Assembly (NCBI RefSeq): GCF_039654945.1
Contig: NW_027361685.1
Location: 4,650,001 to 4,714,000 of the forward strand
Length of the DNA stretch: 64,000 nt
Origin: Dendrobates tinctorius
Taxonomy: Eukaryota
Direction: 5' to 3'
Shown: one piece after another, positions 35,374-50,300 of the stretch
How positions within the stretch are numbered: the stretch's first letter is position 1
Layout: each line of letters opens with the position of its first letter
Notes under the pieces: generated by a model
The model's input: the letters and a program-made list of their open reading frames with translations, nothing else
Databases searched by the model: none
What the model was told of the DNA's origin: nothing
Translations under genes and position numbers: made by a program

Positions 35374-38300
35374 AAAAGCTTGAACTTGGAAATGTAGCAG
35401 AAGGTACAAGAAGGCTGAGAACCAGCTGACGGTACTGGAACCCGGATGGGCAGCAGAAGGAACAAGAGCCAATGGCACTACCGAGGATCAGCTGGCGGTA
35501 CTGGAACCTGGTTACTAAGCAGGAGGTACCTGTGCTAGAAAGCACTACCAAGGACCAGCAGACGTTGCTGGAACTCGGATACCGAGATGGAGACACCTAA
35601 GCCAAAGGCACTGCCGAGAACCAGCTGACGGGACGGTGCTGGAACCCGGAAGGGCAGCAGAAGGAACAAGAGCCAACGGCACTACCGAGGACCAGCTGAT
35701 GGTACTGGAACCCGGTTACTAAGCAGGAGGTACCTGTGCTAGAAAGCACTACCAAGGACCAGCAGACGTTGCTGGAACTCATATACCGAGATGGAAGCAC
35801 CTAAGCCAAAGGCACTGCCAAGAACCAGCTGACGATGCAGGAACCCGGAGGGGCAGCAGAAGGAACAAGAGAGGACCAGCTGACGGTACTGGACCCCAGT
35901 TACTAAGCAGGAGGTACCTGTGCTAGAAAGCACTACCAAGGACCAGCAGACATAGCTGGAACTCGGATACCGAGATGGAGGCACCTAAGCCAAAGGCACT
36001 GCCGAGAACCAGCTGATGGTGCTGGAACCCGGAGGGGCAGCAGAAAGAACAAGAGCCAATGGCACTACCAAGGACCAGCTGACGGTACTGGAACCCAGTT
36101 ACTAATCAGGAGGTACCTGTGCTAGAAAACACTACCAAGGACCAGCAGACGTTGCTGGAACTCGGATACCGAGATGGAGGCACCTAAGCCAAAGGCACTG
36201 CCGAGAACCAGCTGACGGTGCTGGAACCCGGAGGGGCAGCAGAAAGAACAAGAGCCAATGGCACTACCAAGGACCAGCTGACGGTACTGGAACCCAGTTA
36301 CTAATCAGGAGATACCTGTGCTAGAAAGCACTACCAAGGACCAGCAGACGTTGCTGGAACTCAGATACCGAGATGGAAGCACCTAAGCCAAAGGCACTGC
36401 CGAGAACCTGCTGACGGTGCTGGAACCCGGAGGGGCAGTAGAAGGAACAAGAGCCAATGGCACTACCGAGGACCAGCTGACGGTACTGGAACCCAGTTAC
36501 TAAGCAGGAGGTACCTGTGCTAGAAAGCACTACCAAGGACCAGCAGACGTTGCTGGAACTCGGATACCGAGATGGAAGCACCTAAGCCAAAGGCACTGCC
36601 GAGAACCAGCTGACGGTGCTGGAACCCGAAGGGGCAGCAGAAGGTACCCCTGAAAAACAACGTTGCAAGGCTGCGAGCCGGCCGCAGTTACCGAAACCCA
36701 CAGTCCTACAGGGGGTGCATGTCCTATTGGTATTACGGAACCAGCCTTTATTGCCAGATCCCGCAGCCCACATAGGAAGCACCTAAACTGCAGGCACCAT
36801 AGATTCGGCTAACCCGACCGCAACATGACAGGACAATGTATTGGTGCCAAAGTGACGTTGACACTTCCCGGAAACAGCTGGCGTGCTGGAACCAGGCTGG
36901 GCAGGAGGGAGTACCCGTGCCAAAGACACTGCTGAGAACCAGCTGACGGTGCTGGAACCCGGAGGGGCAGCAGAAGGAACAAGAGCCAATGGCACTACCG
37001 AGGACCAGCTGAGGGTACTGGAACACCGTTACTAAGCAGGAGGTACCTGTGCTAGAAAGCACTACCAAGGACCAGCAGATGTTGCTGGACCTCAGATACC
37101 GAGATGGAGGTACCTAAGCCAAAGGCACTGCCGAGAACCAGCTGATGGTGCTGGAACCCGGAGGGGCAGCAGAAGGAACAAGAGCCAATGGCACTGCCAA
37201 GAACCTGCTGACAATGCTGGAACCCAGATGGGGAGCAGAAAGTACCCCTGAAAAACAACGTTGCAAGGCCGCGAGCCGGCCGCAGTTACCGAAACCCACA
37301 GTCCTACAGGGGGTGCTTGTCCTATTGGCACTACGGAACCAGCCTTTATTGCCAGATCCCGTAGCCCACATAGGAAGCACCTAAACTGCAGGCACCATAG
37401 ACTCTATGGTGGTAAAAGCTTGAACTTGGAAATGTAGCAGAAGGTACAAGAAGGCTGAGAACCAGCTGACGGTACTGGAACCCGGATGGGCAGCAGAAGG
37501 AACAAGAGCCAATGGCACTACCGAGGACCAGCTGGCGGTACTGGAACCTGGTTACTAAGCAGGAGGTACCTGTGCTAGAAAGCATTACCAAGGACCAGCA
37601 GACGTTGCTGGAACTCGGATACCGAGATGGAGACACCTAAGCCAAAGGCACTGCCGAGAACCAGCTGACGGGACGGTGCTGGAACCCGGAAGGGCAGCAG
37701 AAGGAACAAGAGCCAACGGCACTACCGAGGACCAGCTGACGGTACTGGAACCCGGTTACTAAGCAGGAGGTACCTGTGCTAGAAAGCACTACCAAGGACC
37801 AGCAGACGTTGCTGGAACTCATATACCGAGATGGAGGCACCTAAGCCAAAGGCACTGCCGAGAACCAGCTGACGGTGCAGGAACCCGGAGGGGCAGCAGA
37901 AGGAACAAGAGAGGACCAGCTGACGGTACTGGACCCCAGTTACTAAGCAGGAGGTACCTGTGCTAGAAAGCACTACCAAGGACCAGCAGACGTTGCTGGA
38001 ATTCGGATACCGAGATGGAGGCACCTAAGCCAAAGGCACTGCCGAGAACCAGCTGATGGTGCTGGAACCCGGAGGGGCAGCAGAAAGAACAAGAGCCAAT
38101 GGCACTACCAAGGACCAGCTGACGGTACTGGAACCCAGTTACTAATCAGGAGGTACCTGTGCTAGAAAGCACTACCAAGGACCAGCAGACGTTGCTGGAA
38201 CTCGGATACCGAGATGGATGCACCTAAGCCAAAGGCACTGCCGAGAACCTGCTGACGGTGCTGGAACCCGGAGGGGCAGCAGAAAGAACAAGAGCCAATG

Positions 38301-40642
38301 GCACTACCAAGGACCAGCTGACGGTACTGGAACCCAGTTACTAATCAGGAGGTACCTGTGCTAGAAAGCACTACCAAGGACCAGCAGACGTTGCTGGAAC
38401 TCGGATACCGAGATGGATGCACCTAAGCCAAAGGCACTGCCGAGAACCTGCTGACGGTGCTGGAACCCGGAGGGGCAGCAGAAAGAACAAGAGCCAATGG
38501 CACTACCAAGGACCAGCTGACGGTACTGGAACCCAGTTACTAATCAGGAGGTACCTGTGCTAGAAAGCACTACCAAGGACCAGCAGACGTTGCTGGAACT
38601 CGGATACCGAGATGGATGCACCTAAGCCAAAGGCACTGCCGAGAACCTGCTGACGGTGCTGGAACCCGGAGGGGCAGCAGAAAGAACAAGAGCCAATGGC
38701 ACTACCAAGGACCAGCTGACGGTACTGGAACCCAGTTACTAATCAGGAGGTACCTGTGCTAGAAAGCACTACCAAGGACCAGCAGACGTTGCTGGAACTC
38801 GGATACCGAGATGGATGCACCTAAGCCAAAGGCACTGCCGAGAACCTGCTGACGGTGCTGGAACCCGGAGGGGCAGCAGAAAGAACAAGAGCCAATGGCA
38901 CTACCAAGGACCAGCTGACGGTACTGGAACCCAGTTACTAATCAGGAGGTACCTGTGCTAGAAAGCACTACCAAGGACCAGCAGACGTTGCTGGAACTCG
39001 GATACCGAGATGGAAGCACCTAAGCCAAAGGCACTGCCGAGAACCTGCTGACGGTGCTGGAACCCGGAGTGGCAGTAGAAGGAACAAGAGCCAATGGCAC
39101 TACCGAGGACCAGCTGACGGTACTGGAACCCAGTTACTAAGCAGGAGGTACCTGTGCTAGAAAGCACTACCAAGGACCAGCAGACGTTGCTGTAACTTGG
39201 ATACCGAGATGGAAGCACCTAAGCCAAAGGCACTGCCGAGAACCTGCTGACGGTGCTGGAACCCGGAGGGGCAGCAGAAGGTACCCCTGAAAAACAACGT
39301 TGCAAGGCTGCGAGCCGGCCGCAGTTACCGAAACCCACAGTCCTACAGGGGGTGCATGTCCTATTGGCATTACGGAACCAGCCTTTATTGCCAGATCCCG
39401 CAGCCCACATAGGAAGCACCTAAACTGCAGGCACCATAGATTCGGCTAACCCGACCGCAACATGACAGGACAATGTATTGGTGCCAAAGTGACGTTGACA
39501 CTTCCCGGAAACAGCTGGCGTGCTGGAACCAGGCTGGGCAGGAGGGAGTACCCGTGCCAAAGACACTGCTGAGAACCAGCTGACGGTGCTGGAACCCGGA
39601 GGGGCAGCAGAAGGAACAAGAGCCAATGGCACTACCGAGGACCAGCTGAGGGTACTGGAACACCGTTACTAAGCAGGAGGTACCTGTGCTAGAAAGCACT
39701 ACCAAGGACCAGCAGATGTTGCTGGACCTCAGATACCGAGATGGAGGTACCTAAGCCAAAGGCACTGCCGAGAACCAGCTGATGGTGCTGGAACCCGGAG
39801 GGGCAGCAGAAGGAACAAGAGCCAATGGCACTGCCAAGAACCTGCTGACAATGCTGGAACCCGGATGGGGAGCAGAAAGTACCCCTGAAAAACAACGTTG
39901 CAAGGCTGCGAGCCGGCCGCAGTTACCGAAACCCACAGTCCTACATGGGGTGCATGTCCTATTGGCATTACGGAACCAGCCTTTATTGCCAGATCCCGCA
40001 GCCCACATAGGAAGCACCTAAACTGCAGGCACCATAGATTCGGCTAACCCGACCGCAACATGACAGGACAATGTATTGGTGCCAAAGTGACGTTGACACT
40101 TCCCGGAAACAGCTGGCGTGCTGGAACCAGGCTGGGCAGGAGGGAGTACCCGTGCCAAAGACACTGCTGAGAACCAGCTGACGGTGCTGGAACCCGGAGG
40201 GGCAGCAGAAGGAACAAGAGCCAATGGCACTACCGAGGACCAGCTGAGGGTACTGGAACACCGTTACTAAGCAGGAGGTACCTGTGCTAGAAAGCACTAC
40301 CAAGGACCAGCAGATGTTGCTGGACCTCAGATACCGAGATGGAGGTACCTAAGCCAAAGGCACTGCCGAGAACCAGCTGATGGTGCTGGAACCCGGAGGG
40401 GCAGCAGAAGGAACAAGAGCCAATGGCACTGCCAAGAACCTGCTGACAATGCTGGAACCTGGATGGGGAGCAGAAAGTACCCCTGAAAAACAATGTTGCA
40501 AGGCCGCGAGCCGGCCGCAGTTACCGAAACCCACAGTCCTAAAGGGGGTGCTTGTCCTATTGGCACTACGGAACCAGCCTTTATTGCCAGATCCCGTAGC
40601 CCACATAGGAAGCACCTAAACTGCAGGCACCATAGACTCTAT
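35374..40642. repeat. Hierarchical tandem array: 66-67-bp monomers, 199-bp trimer, 598-bp unit and 2.04-kb duplication
   Basis: CCTAAGCC recurs every 199 bp. Blocks 35374-37408 and 37414-40642 are duplicates, the second with three extra 199-mers and one extra 598-mer. Confidence 0.93.
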
Positions 40643-41721
40643 GTGAAGCAGTGACCGGGTCACAATACTGTTTTGTCCTCACACTCACTCCCTGTGATTG
40701 TGTGATGTGTCTGGCCTAAGAGAGACAATCAGCAAGTGGGTTATAAATTAGGTATAAATATAACATATATGATCAAATATATGTTCGTTCCCCCTTCTTT
40801 CTCTCCCATAAGAAGATTCTTGCCGGTAGAATCAAGGCGGATGATCACCTACTGTGCTCTCTCCCTGGCCACAATTCCCCATCTTACTTCCATCCTCCCC
40901 CTTTCCCCCCCAGCCATCTTTTCCCATCTAGATATATATCTACCATCCGACTATAGTGATAAACTCTCTGCAGATTAATGATATACTATATTGGTCTGTG
41001 TTCCTGGAGGATAGCTTCTGCTCCACTAGATACCATTGATAAGATACATGGTGATTCACGTCCAGTATTTATGGTGAATAACATATATTATTATGGGCAG
41101 TTGTTCTTTGAGATCGGTAGATTTAACATATGTCAAACTAAAAAGCGGGTCTGTAATATCCCAAAATTTCCAAGGTTCTGGTTACAATCGATAACTTCCT
41201 TGTCAATTCCTGAACCTGGTGGGAAAATTATATTTCCACCTTATTAAAACCAAGCCAAGTATATATTGAGCCTAATATGAAAAACTTACCCATCAACATT
41301 TTCTCTTTTCTTCTTTTTTCCATAAATTCCTTGATATTCCTGATTTCCAGTTTTTTAACAGGATATCGGGGCCCATATGTCCTGGAACCCATGTTTCTCT
41401 CTGTGCCCTAGTACACTGTGCTTCTGGTCTCCGGCCCATACTGCTATTACTGAGCAGAACGAATTCCCAAAATATTGGACTCCGTTCACCTCAATTTCTG
41501 AAGTGATGCAGCGTTCGGCTCATTCTGGTGATTTACTGCCCTCTGTGCCTGCTCCTCACTCTGTGAAGTTTGAGCTTAGAATTATTTTCTTTTAAACAAT
41601 TAGAATAAAATCTACATAAAATTAACATGGTTAAAATATTTATACATTTAAATAGCCACAAAAATACTCATCAGTACATAAGAAATGATTCAGGCATTTA
41701 TTCTGGACCTCATAATTTTGA

Positions 41722-43022
41722 GCATGGTATCTTACCTCTCTGGTTTCCTGTCCATGACCCTGGTATCTTACCTCTCTGGTTTCCTGTCCATGACCCTGGT
41801 ATATTACCTCTCTGGTTTTCTGTCCATGACCCTGGTATCTTACCTCTGGTTTTCTGTCCATGACCCTGGTATATTACCTTTCTGGTTTCCTGTCCATGAC
41901 CCTGGCATATTACCTCTCTGGTTTCCTATCCATGACCCTGGTATATTACCTCTCTGGTTTTCTGTCCATGACCCTGGTATCTTACCTCTCTGGTTTTCTG
42001 TCCATGACCCTGGTATCTTACCCCTCTGGTTTCCAGTCCATGACCCTGGTATATTACCTCTCTGGTTTCCTGTCCATGACCCTGGTATATTACCTCTCTG
42101 GTTTTCTGTTCATGACCCTGATATATTACGTTTCAAGGCTTCTGTTTTCCTGTCCATAACCCTGGTATATTACCTCTCTGGTTTCTTGTCCATGACCCTG
42201 GTATACAGTATTACCTTTCTGGTTTACTGTCCATGACCCTGGTATATTACCTCTCTGAATTCCTGTCCATGACCCTGGTATATTACCTCTCTGGATTCCT
42301 GTCCATGACCCTGGTATATTACCTCTCTGGTTTCGTGTCCATGACCCTGGTATATTACGTCTCTAGTGTCCTGTCCATGACACTGGCATCTTACCTCTCT
42401 GGTTTCCTGTCCATGACCCTGGTATAGTACCTCTCTGATTTCCTGTCCATGACCCAGGTATATTACCTCTCTGGTTTCGTGTCCATGACCCTGGTATATT
42501 ACGTCTCTGGTTTCCTGTCCATGACACTGGCATCTTACCTCTCTGGTTTCCTGTCCATGACCCTGGTATAGTACCTCTCTGATTTCCTGTCCATGACCCT
42601 GGTATATTACCTCTCTGGTTTCCTGTCCATGACCCTGGTATATTACGTCTCTGGTTTCCTGTCCATGACACTGGCATCTTACCTATCTGGTTTCCTGTCC
42701 ATAACCCTGGTATATTACCTCTCTGGTTTCCTGTCCATGACCCTGGTATATTACCTCTCTGGTTTTCTGTTCATGACCCTGATATATTACGTTTCTAGGC
42801 TCCTGTCCATGACCCTGGTATGTTACGTCTCTGGTTTCCTGTCCATGACACTGGCATCTTACCTATCTGGTTTCCTGTCCATAACCCTGGTATATTACCT
42901 CTCTGGTTTCTTGTCCATGACCCTGGTATACAGTATTACCTTTCTGGTTTACTGTCCATGATCCTGGTATATTACCTATCTCTTTTCCTGTCCATAACCC
43001 TGGTATATTACCTCTCTGGTTT
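41722..43022. repeat. 36-bp minisatellite (TGGTATATTACCTCTCTGGTTTCCTGTCCATGACCC)n
   Basis: About 36 units are directly visible. Confidence 0.95.
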
Positions 43023-43659
43023 CAAAATATATTTATTATCCTTACCAAGTAGAAAACACTTGTAATTGCATATCTTCAGGTGGCCCATTATTAGACATGT
43101 GACTGTAATAAGACGTGATTGTAATAGACATGTGACTGTAATAAGATGTGATTGTAATAGGTATGTGACTGTAATAGACATGTGACTATAATAAACATGT
43201 AACTGTAATAAGACGTGATTGTAATAAACATGTGACTGTAATAGACATTTCACTGTAAAAGGCATGTGACTGTAATAAGATGTGACTGTAATAGACATGT
43301 GAATGTAATAAAACATGTGACTAATAAGACATGACTGTAATAGACATGTGAATGCAATAAGACGTGACTGTAATAGACATTTCACTGTAAAAGGCATGTA
43401 ACTGTAATAAGACATGACTGTAATAAACATGTGACTGTAAAAGGCATGTGACTGTAATAAGATGTGACTGTAATAGACATGTTACTGTAATAAGACATGT
43501 GACTAATAAGACATGACTGTAATAGACATGTGACTATAATAGACATGTGACTGTAATAGACATTTGACTATAACAGACTTTTGACTGTAATAGACATGTG
43601 ACTGTAATAATACATGTGACTGTAATAGACATGGGACTGTAATAGACATATGACTAATA

Positions 43660-44306
43660 TAAAAAGAGCAAGCAGGCACTATCACAACAGTAATAATTAG
43701 AGTCTATAGTCACTGGGGGATGTCTTGCATGACGAGTATGGAAACCAGAAAAAAAGAGAAAAAGAATCATGCAAAAAAATAGGATCACCACTCAGTATCA
43801 ATAGGTACAAACTATGAGCAAATTTTATTAGTGACAAGCCAAAAAAAAAGCACACATTTAAAAACATTTAAAACATCCAAAAGATCATAAATGGAATTTC
43901 CAAAAGATGACAGAATATAACATAATAGACTTTAATGTATCAATAGACCGCAAATGCTGAAAGTGCACAGAGAAAAATAACTCTGAATAAATGCTGCTAG
44001 CATATAACCAACAATCTTAGATTATAAACCAGTGTAGCCCCCATATATGGAGCATGCAGTGCAAACGTTAAACCCTGATTATTACCAAAAGCCAAACGGC
44101 TGAATGCCACAAGAAAGGGGTTAATAGTGAATACACAATGATGCCAAATGCATCCTGCATGCTGGGCTACAGAAGCTGAAAACGTCACCCTATATGATAG
44201 TGATTGGGGGAACCAGTCAGTCGTCCAGTCATCTGAATAGCAGCGGTGCGGTCAGTGGTGATGTTAAGAGTCCATGAGAGCATGATTCTTTTCCTCTTTT
44301 TTTTTG
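43660..44306. mobile_element. 647-bp insertion with an 18-bp TSD (possibly Penelope-like)
   Basis: The satellite variant ATAGACATATGACTAATA flanks both sides. Short internal inverted match AAAGAGAAAAAGAATCATGC / GCATGATTCTTTTCCTCTTT. Confidence 0.5.
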
Positions 44307-44385
44307 ATAGACATATGACTAATAAGACATGTGACTGTAATAGACATGTGACTGTAATAGACATGTGACTGTAATAAGACATGTG

Positions 44386-47300
44386 TGTTATGAATGGGTC
44401 ACCGAGGAGGAAAACAAGACCAAGCCAAGTCACAGAAAACCAGAGAGGTTGGTAACTATGTGGATTGCAGACCCCTGAGCCTAACCACACAACTAACAGC
44501 AGCCGTGGAGCGTACCTACAATGATTCTAGACGCCTCATCACAGCCGGAGGAATAAATAAGCCTAAAGCAAGAAAAGGGGAAATCTAAAACTGCCCCAGA
44601 GCAGACCCCAAAGGAATAGACAGCCCCCACACATGTATTGACGGTGAGACAAGATGAAAACACGAACACAGGTATTAAAATAGCCTGAGCAAACAATGGG
44701 GCCCACACTAGCTAGAAAGGACTGGAAAGGAAAAATACTGTCTGCAATCACGCCAAAAACCCTGCAAAAATGTCCAACATTTCTGATAGCAAAAAATACC
44801 CTGAAATCACTAGACTTCTACCACTATATCAGCACTCTGGCATAAACCATCTCTCGACCAAAACTGTGCCGCTAACTATAGACCTGTCTGTAATCTTCCC
44901 TTCATCTCTAAACTCCTGGAACGCCTGGTCCACTCCCGTCTTATCCACTACCTCTTTGATAACTCTCTTCTCGACCCTCTCCAATCCGGTTCCGCTCTTT
45001 ACACTCTACTGAAACTGCCATCACTAAAGTCTCTAATTATCTACTAACAGCTACTGTAAATCAAATGGTCATTACTCCATTCTAATTCTCTTGGATCTCT
45101 CTGCAGCATTCGACACTGTGGATCATCAGCTCCTCCTCACTATGCTCCGTTCCATTGGCCTCAAGGACACCGTTCTCTCCTGGTTCTCCTCCTATCTCTC
45201 TAACCGCTCCTTTACTGTATCTTTTGCCGGTTCCTCCTCCTCTCACCTTCCCCTTACTGTTGGGGTTCCTCAAGGATCGGTTCTAGGCCCCCTCCTCTTC
45301 TCCTTGTACACTGCCCTATTGGTCAAACAATCAGCAGATTTGGTTTCCAGTACCATTTCTATGCTGATGACACCCAATTATACGCTTCTTCTCCTGACAT
45401 CACGCAAGCCTTTCTAGAAAACACTGGCGATTGTCTAAACGATGTGTCTAACATCATGTCCTCACTATATCTGAAACCGAACCTGTCAAAGACTGAACTC
45501 CTGGTGTTTCCTCCCTCTACAAATGTACCTATACCCGACATTGCCATTTCTGTGTGTGGTTCCACTATTACTCCCCAGCAACATGCCCGCTGTCTTGGGG
45601 TCATACTTGACTCCGAGCTTTCCTTTGCCCCCCACATTCGATCACTGGCTCACTCTTGTCATCTGCACCTCAAAAACATTTCTAGAATTCGACCTTTTCT
45701 TACTTTTGACTCTGCAAAAACTCTTATTGTTTCTCTTATTCATTCTCGTCTCGACTATTGTAACTCTCTTCTAATCAGTCTCCCTCTTACCAAACTCTCC
45801 CCTCTCCAATCTGTATTGAATGCTGCAGCCAGGATCATATTCCTCACCAATCGTTACACCGATGCCTCTACCTTGTGCCAGTCATTACACTGGCTACCCA
45901 TCCACTCCAGAATTCAGTATAAACTTATTACCCTCACCCACAAAGCCCTCCATGGCTCAGCACCACCCTACATCTCCTCCCTTGTTTCAGTATACCACCC
46001 TACCCGCGCCCTCCGTTCTGCTGATGACCTGAGGTTAGCATCCTCAATGATCAGAACCTCCCACTCCCGTCTCCAAGACTTTACACGTGCTGTGCCAATT
46101 CTTTGAAATGCACTTCCCAGGTCAATACGATTAGTCCCCAATCCCCACACTTTTAAGCGTCCGAAAAAGCATTTATTCAGACTGGCCTATCGCCTCACCA
46201 CATTAACCTAATCTATTCCTGTGTGGCACAGCCAAAAGTTTTACCATAACCAGGTTCCCCGCATCATGTTCCCACATGCTTTATGCATCCATTAGCCCTC
46301 TGTGTCTGTACTGTTACACACTTAACATGGCTGGTCCATACAATCAGGGCAACCGTTACCACCCACCTTTCATGTCTGCCTCTTTCCTCATAGACTGTAA
46401 GCTTGCGAGCAGGGCCCTCATTCCTCATGGAATTTGTTATAATCTATGTGATTATTGTTTTGCTGTAATGTCTATTTTCTGTACAAATCCCCTCTGAAAT
46501 GTAAAGTGCTGCGGAATATGTCGGCGCTATAGAAATAAAATGTATTATTTATTATTATTATATTATGAGAACAAAGCAAAAAGAGGCCAATCTAATAAGG
46601 GACAAAAAGCAAACTGGCACATACAGTGACATAAGAGTGGAAATTTAGCACAGCCCCAGCCGGGGCTGGCTGACCACACAAAAAACTGAATAGACCAAAC
46701 CAAATCAAATGTGAACATTGGCAAAGACAACTTAGCTTGAGAAGGCAGGAACTGAGCTGGGAACTAAGACCTCAGGAGGCAGGAAAAAATCACCAGCATG
46801 GGAATAGGGAGTCGGCTGTCTTAAATCCAGTCTGAGACTCCAGATGTCCAATCCTCTTCCTCATTATCAGGTGGCAGGTCTCTGTTAATTAGATCAGCTT
46901 CACTACCTCCTGCCACCACCAGAGGGATCCCGGAAAGAGAACTCACAACTCCTCTGTCAGCACAACCAGCTCCCTCACCAGAAACTAGAGGCAGACCAGA
47001 AAATGAGTTCACAACAGTACCCCCCCTTTAGGAGGGGTCACCAAACCCTCATCCACGCCACCAGGCCGATCAGATGGGTCCGGTGAAAAGCACAAACCAA
47101 TCTATTGGCATGAATGTCAGAGGCAGAGACCCAAGAATTATCCTCCTGGCCATAACCCTTCCATTTGACCAAATACTGGAGTCTCCGTCTAGCCAAACGA
47201 GAATCCAATATTTTATCTACCTCATATTCCACATTGCCTTCAACCAATACAGGGTCAGGAGGCACCACCGCAGGAACTACTGGCTCAACAAACCTCTTCA

Positions 47301-50300
47301 ACAGAGATTTGTGAAATACGTTATGGATCTTAAACGTAACTGGAAGAGCCAATCGAAAAGAAACAGGATTAAGAATCTCCAAGATCTTATAAAGTCCAAT
47401 AAATCTTGGCTTGAACTTTGGAGACGCAACCTTCATAGAGATATTCTTTGACAACAACCAAACCATATCACCCACTTTAAACCATGGACCATTGGTCCTA
47501 TGCTGGTTGAAAAACCGCTGGGCCTTTTCCTGAGAGAGTGACAACTTATCCACCACTTGGTCCCAAATCTGCTGCATTCTCTCTACCACAGTGTCCCCAC
47601 CTGGGCAGGCTGAAGATTCCACCTGCCCTGAAGAAAATCGAGGATGAAACCCAAAGTTACAGAAAAAGGGCGACATCAAAGTGACAGAACTAGCTCTATT
47701 GTTTAGCGCAAATTCGGCCAAGAGCAAAAATGAGACCCAGTCATCCTGGTCAGCAGATATAAAACATCTCAAATAGGACTCCAAAGTCTGGTTTGTTCTC
47801 TCAGTCTGCCCATTGGTCTGAGGATGAAACACAGAGGAGAAAGATAACTGAATTCCCAGATTGGAACAAAAGGCTTTCCAGAATCTGGAAACAAACTGGA
47901 CTCCTCTGTCCGACACAATGTTCTCAGGAATCCCATGCAACCGAACCACCTGTTGTAAAAACAAGGGCACCAACTCTGAGGAAGATGGCAACTTTGAGAG
48001 TGGTACAAGATGGACTATCTTAGAAAATCTATCACAAATCACCCAGATAACAGTCATTCTCTGAAAGACAGGAAGATCAGAAATAAAATCCATTGAGATA
48101 TTGGTCCATGGCCTCTTGGGCACCGGCAGGGACATCAACAACCTACTAGAATGAGAACAGGGTTTAGACCGAGAACAAGTCCCACAGGACAAAATTCTTG
48201 ACATCACGAGATAAGGCAGGCCACCAAAAAGAACGACTCACCAAATCTCTGGTACCAAAAATACCTGGATGACCAGCCAATGCGGAGCAATGAACTTCAG
48301 ACATCACTCTCTTCCTCCACTGGTCAGGAACATACAATTTTCCCATAGGACAACGCTCAGGTTTATCCTCCTGAAATTCCTCCAGGGTGCGTCTCAAATC
48401 GGGTGAAATGGTAGAAAGAACTACCCCCTCACCTAGGATGGTAGTAGGCTCGGCTACAATAAGAGAATCATCAAAGAAACTCCAAGAAAGGGCGTCTGCC
48501 TTAACATTCTTAGTGCCAGGAAGAAAAGAGACCACAAAATTAAAACGCATGAAAAACAAGGCCCACCTAGCCTGTCTAGGATTCAAGCATTTGGCCGACT
48601 CCAGATAATTCAAATTCTTGTGGTCGGTGAGGACCACAACTTGATGTCTAGCTCCCTCCAACCAATGTCTCCACTCTTCAAATGCCCATTTCATGGCCAA
48701 CAATTCCCGATTCCCCATGTCATAGTTTCGTTCAGATGGGGAGAGCTTTCAAGAAAAGAAGGCACAGGGATTCATTTTAGAAGTCACAGGATCTTTATGG
48801 GACAAAACAGCTCCCGCACCAATCTCAGAAGCATCTACCTCCACCTGAAATGGAAGTGAGACATCAGGTTGCCGTAAAACCGGAGCAGAAGTGAATCTCC
48901 GCTTAAGCTCCTGAAATGCCGAGACAGCCCCTGGAGACCAATTCAGCACATCAGCGCCCTTCTTGGTCAGATCAGTCAGGGGTTTGACAATACCAGAAAA
49001 AATTACCTATAAATTTACGATAGAAATTAGCAAAACCCAAAACTTCTGGAGAGCCTTCAAAGAAGTGGGCTGAACCTAATCATAAATGGCCTGTACCTTG
49101 GCCGGGTCCATTTCATTAGTCGACGGAGACAAAATAAATCCCAAAAATAAAATCCTCTGTACACCAAAGAGGCATTTCGATCCCTTAACAAACAGGGAAT
49201 TCTCCCTCAAAATCCAGAAAACAGTCCGGACATTTTCTACATGAGAAGCCCAATCACTGGAAAAGATCAAAATATCATCCAGATAGATGATCAAAAACGT
49301 ATCCACAAAGTCCTTGAAAATATTATTCATAAAGGATTGGAAGACAGAAGGGGCATTAGTGGGCCCAAAATGCATCACCAGGTACTCAAAATGTCCCTCC
49401 GGAGTATTAAACGCCGTCTTCCATTCATCCCCGTGCTTGATGCGAATAAGATTATACGCACCCCTGAGGCAGCTTAGTAAGCCAGCAGGCACTTTTAACT
49501 CTGGAGAATAAATCAGACATCAGGGGTAACGGGTACTGATATTTAACCGTCATCTTGTTTAGGGAACGATAGTCAATACAAGGTCTTAATGAACCATCTT
49601 TCTTGGCCACAAAAAAAACACAGCACCTAAGGGTGAAGAGGATGGTCTAATATGACCCTTCTCCAACGACTCCTTAATATAGGATCGCATAGCATAATGT
49701 TCGGGTAATGATAAGTTGAAAAGCCGACCCTTGGGAAATTTACACCCAGGCATCAACTCAATTGCACAGTCAAAACTCCTATGAGGAGGCAAAGACGCAG
49801 ACTTACTCTCACTAAATACATCAGAAAAATCAGCCAAATAAACAGGAATATCATGAGACTGAGGAGAGGTGGAGAAAACAGGAATGTCCCTAAGAACACA
49901 CTGACAACCCCAACTCACCACAGACACAGATTTCCAATCCAAAACTGGATTATGAGTTTGCAACCAGGGAAACCCAGAACAATAGTATCATGCAAATTGG
50001 GCAGCACCAAAAATTTACAATTTTCTTGGTGGTCTGGGGCAACTCGCATAATCACCTGGGTCCAAAACTGAGGTTTATTCTCCACCAAAGGAGTAGCATC
50101 AATGCCCCTCAAAGGAATAGGCGTCCGCAGAGGTATCATAGGAAAACCACAATGTTTAGCAAAGTCCAAATCCATCAGATTCAAAGCTGCTCCTGAATCT
50201 ACAAAAGCCTTAGCGGAAAATGTGGATAAGGAGCAGATCAGAGTAATTGCCAAAAGAAACTTAGGTTATACACTGCCCACAGCAAATGTGTGTGCAAATA

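Noticed and set aside
35374-40642. CRISPR array (palindromic conserved part plus variable part)
   Set aside because: The variable parts recur in a fixed three-unit cycle, there are no cas genes, and the context is vertebrate. It is a satellite.
41627-43065. Hydrophobic repeat ORFs (MTLVYYLSGFLS)n
   Set aside because: Artefact of the 36-bp tandem repeat. No splice or domain support.
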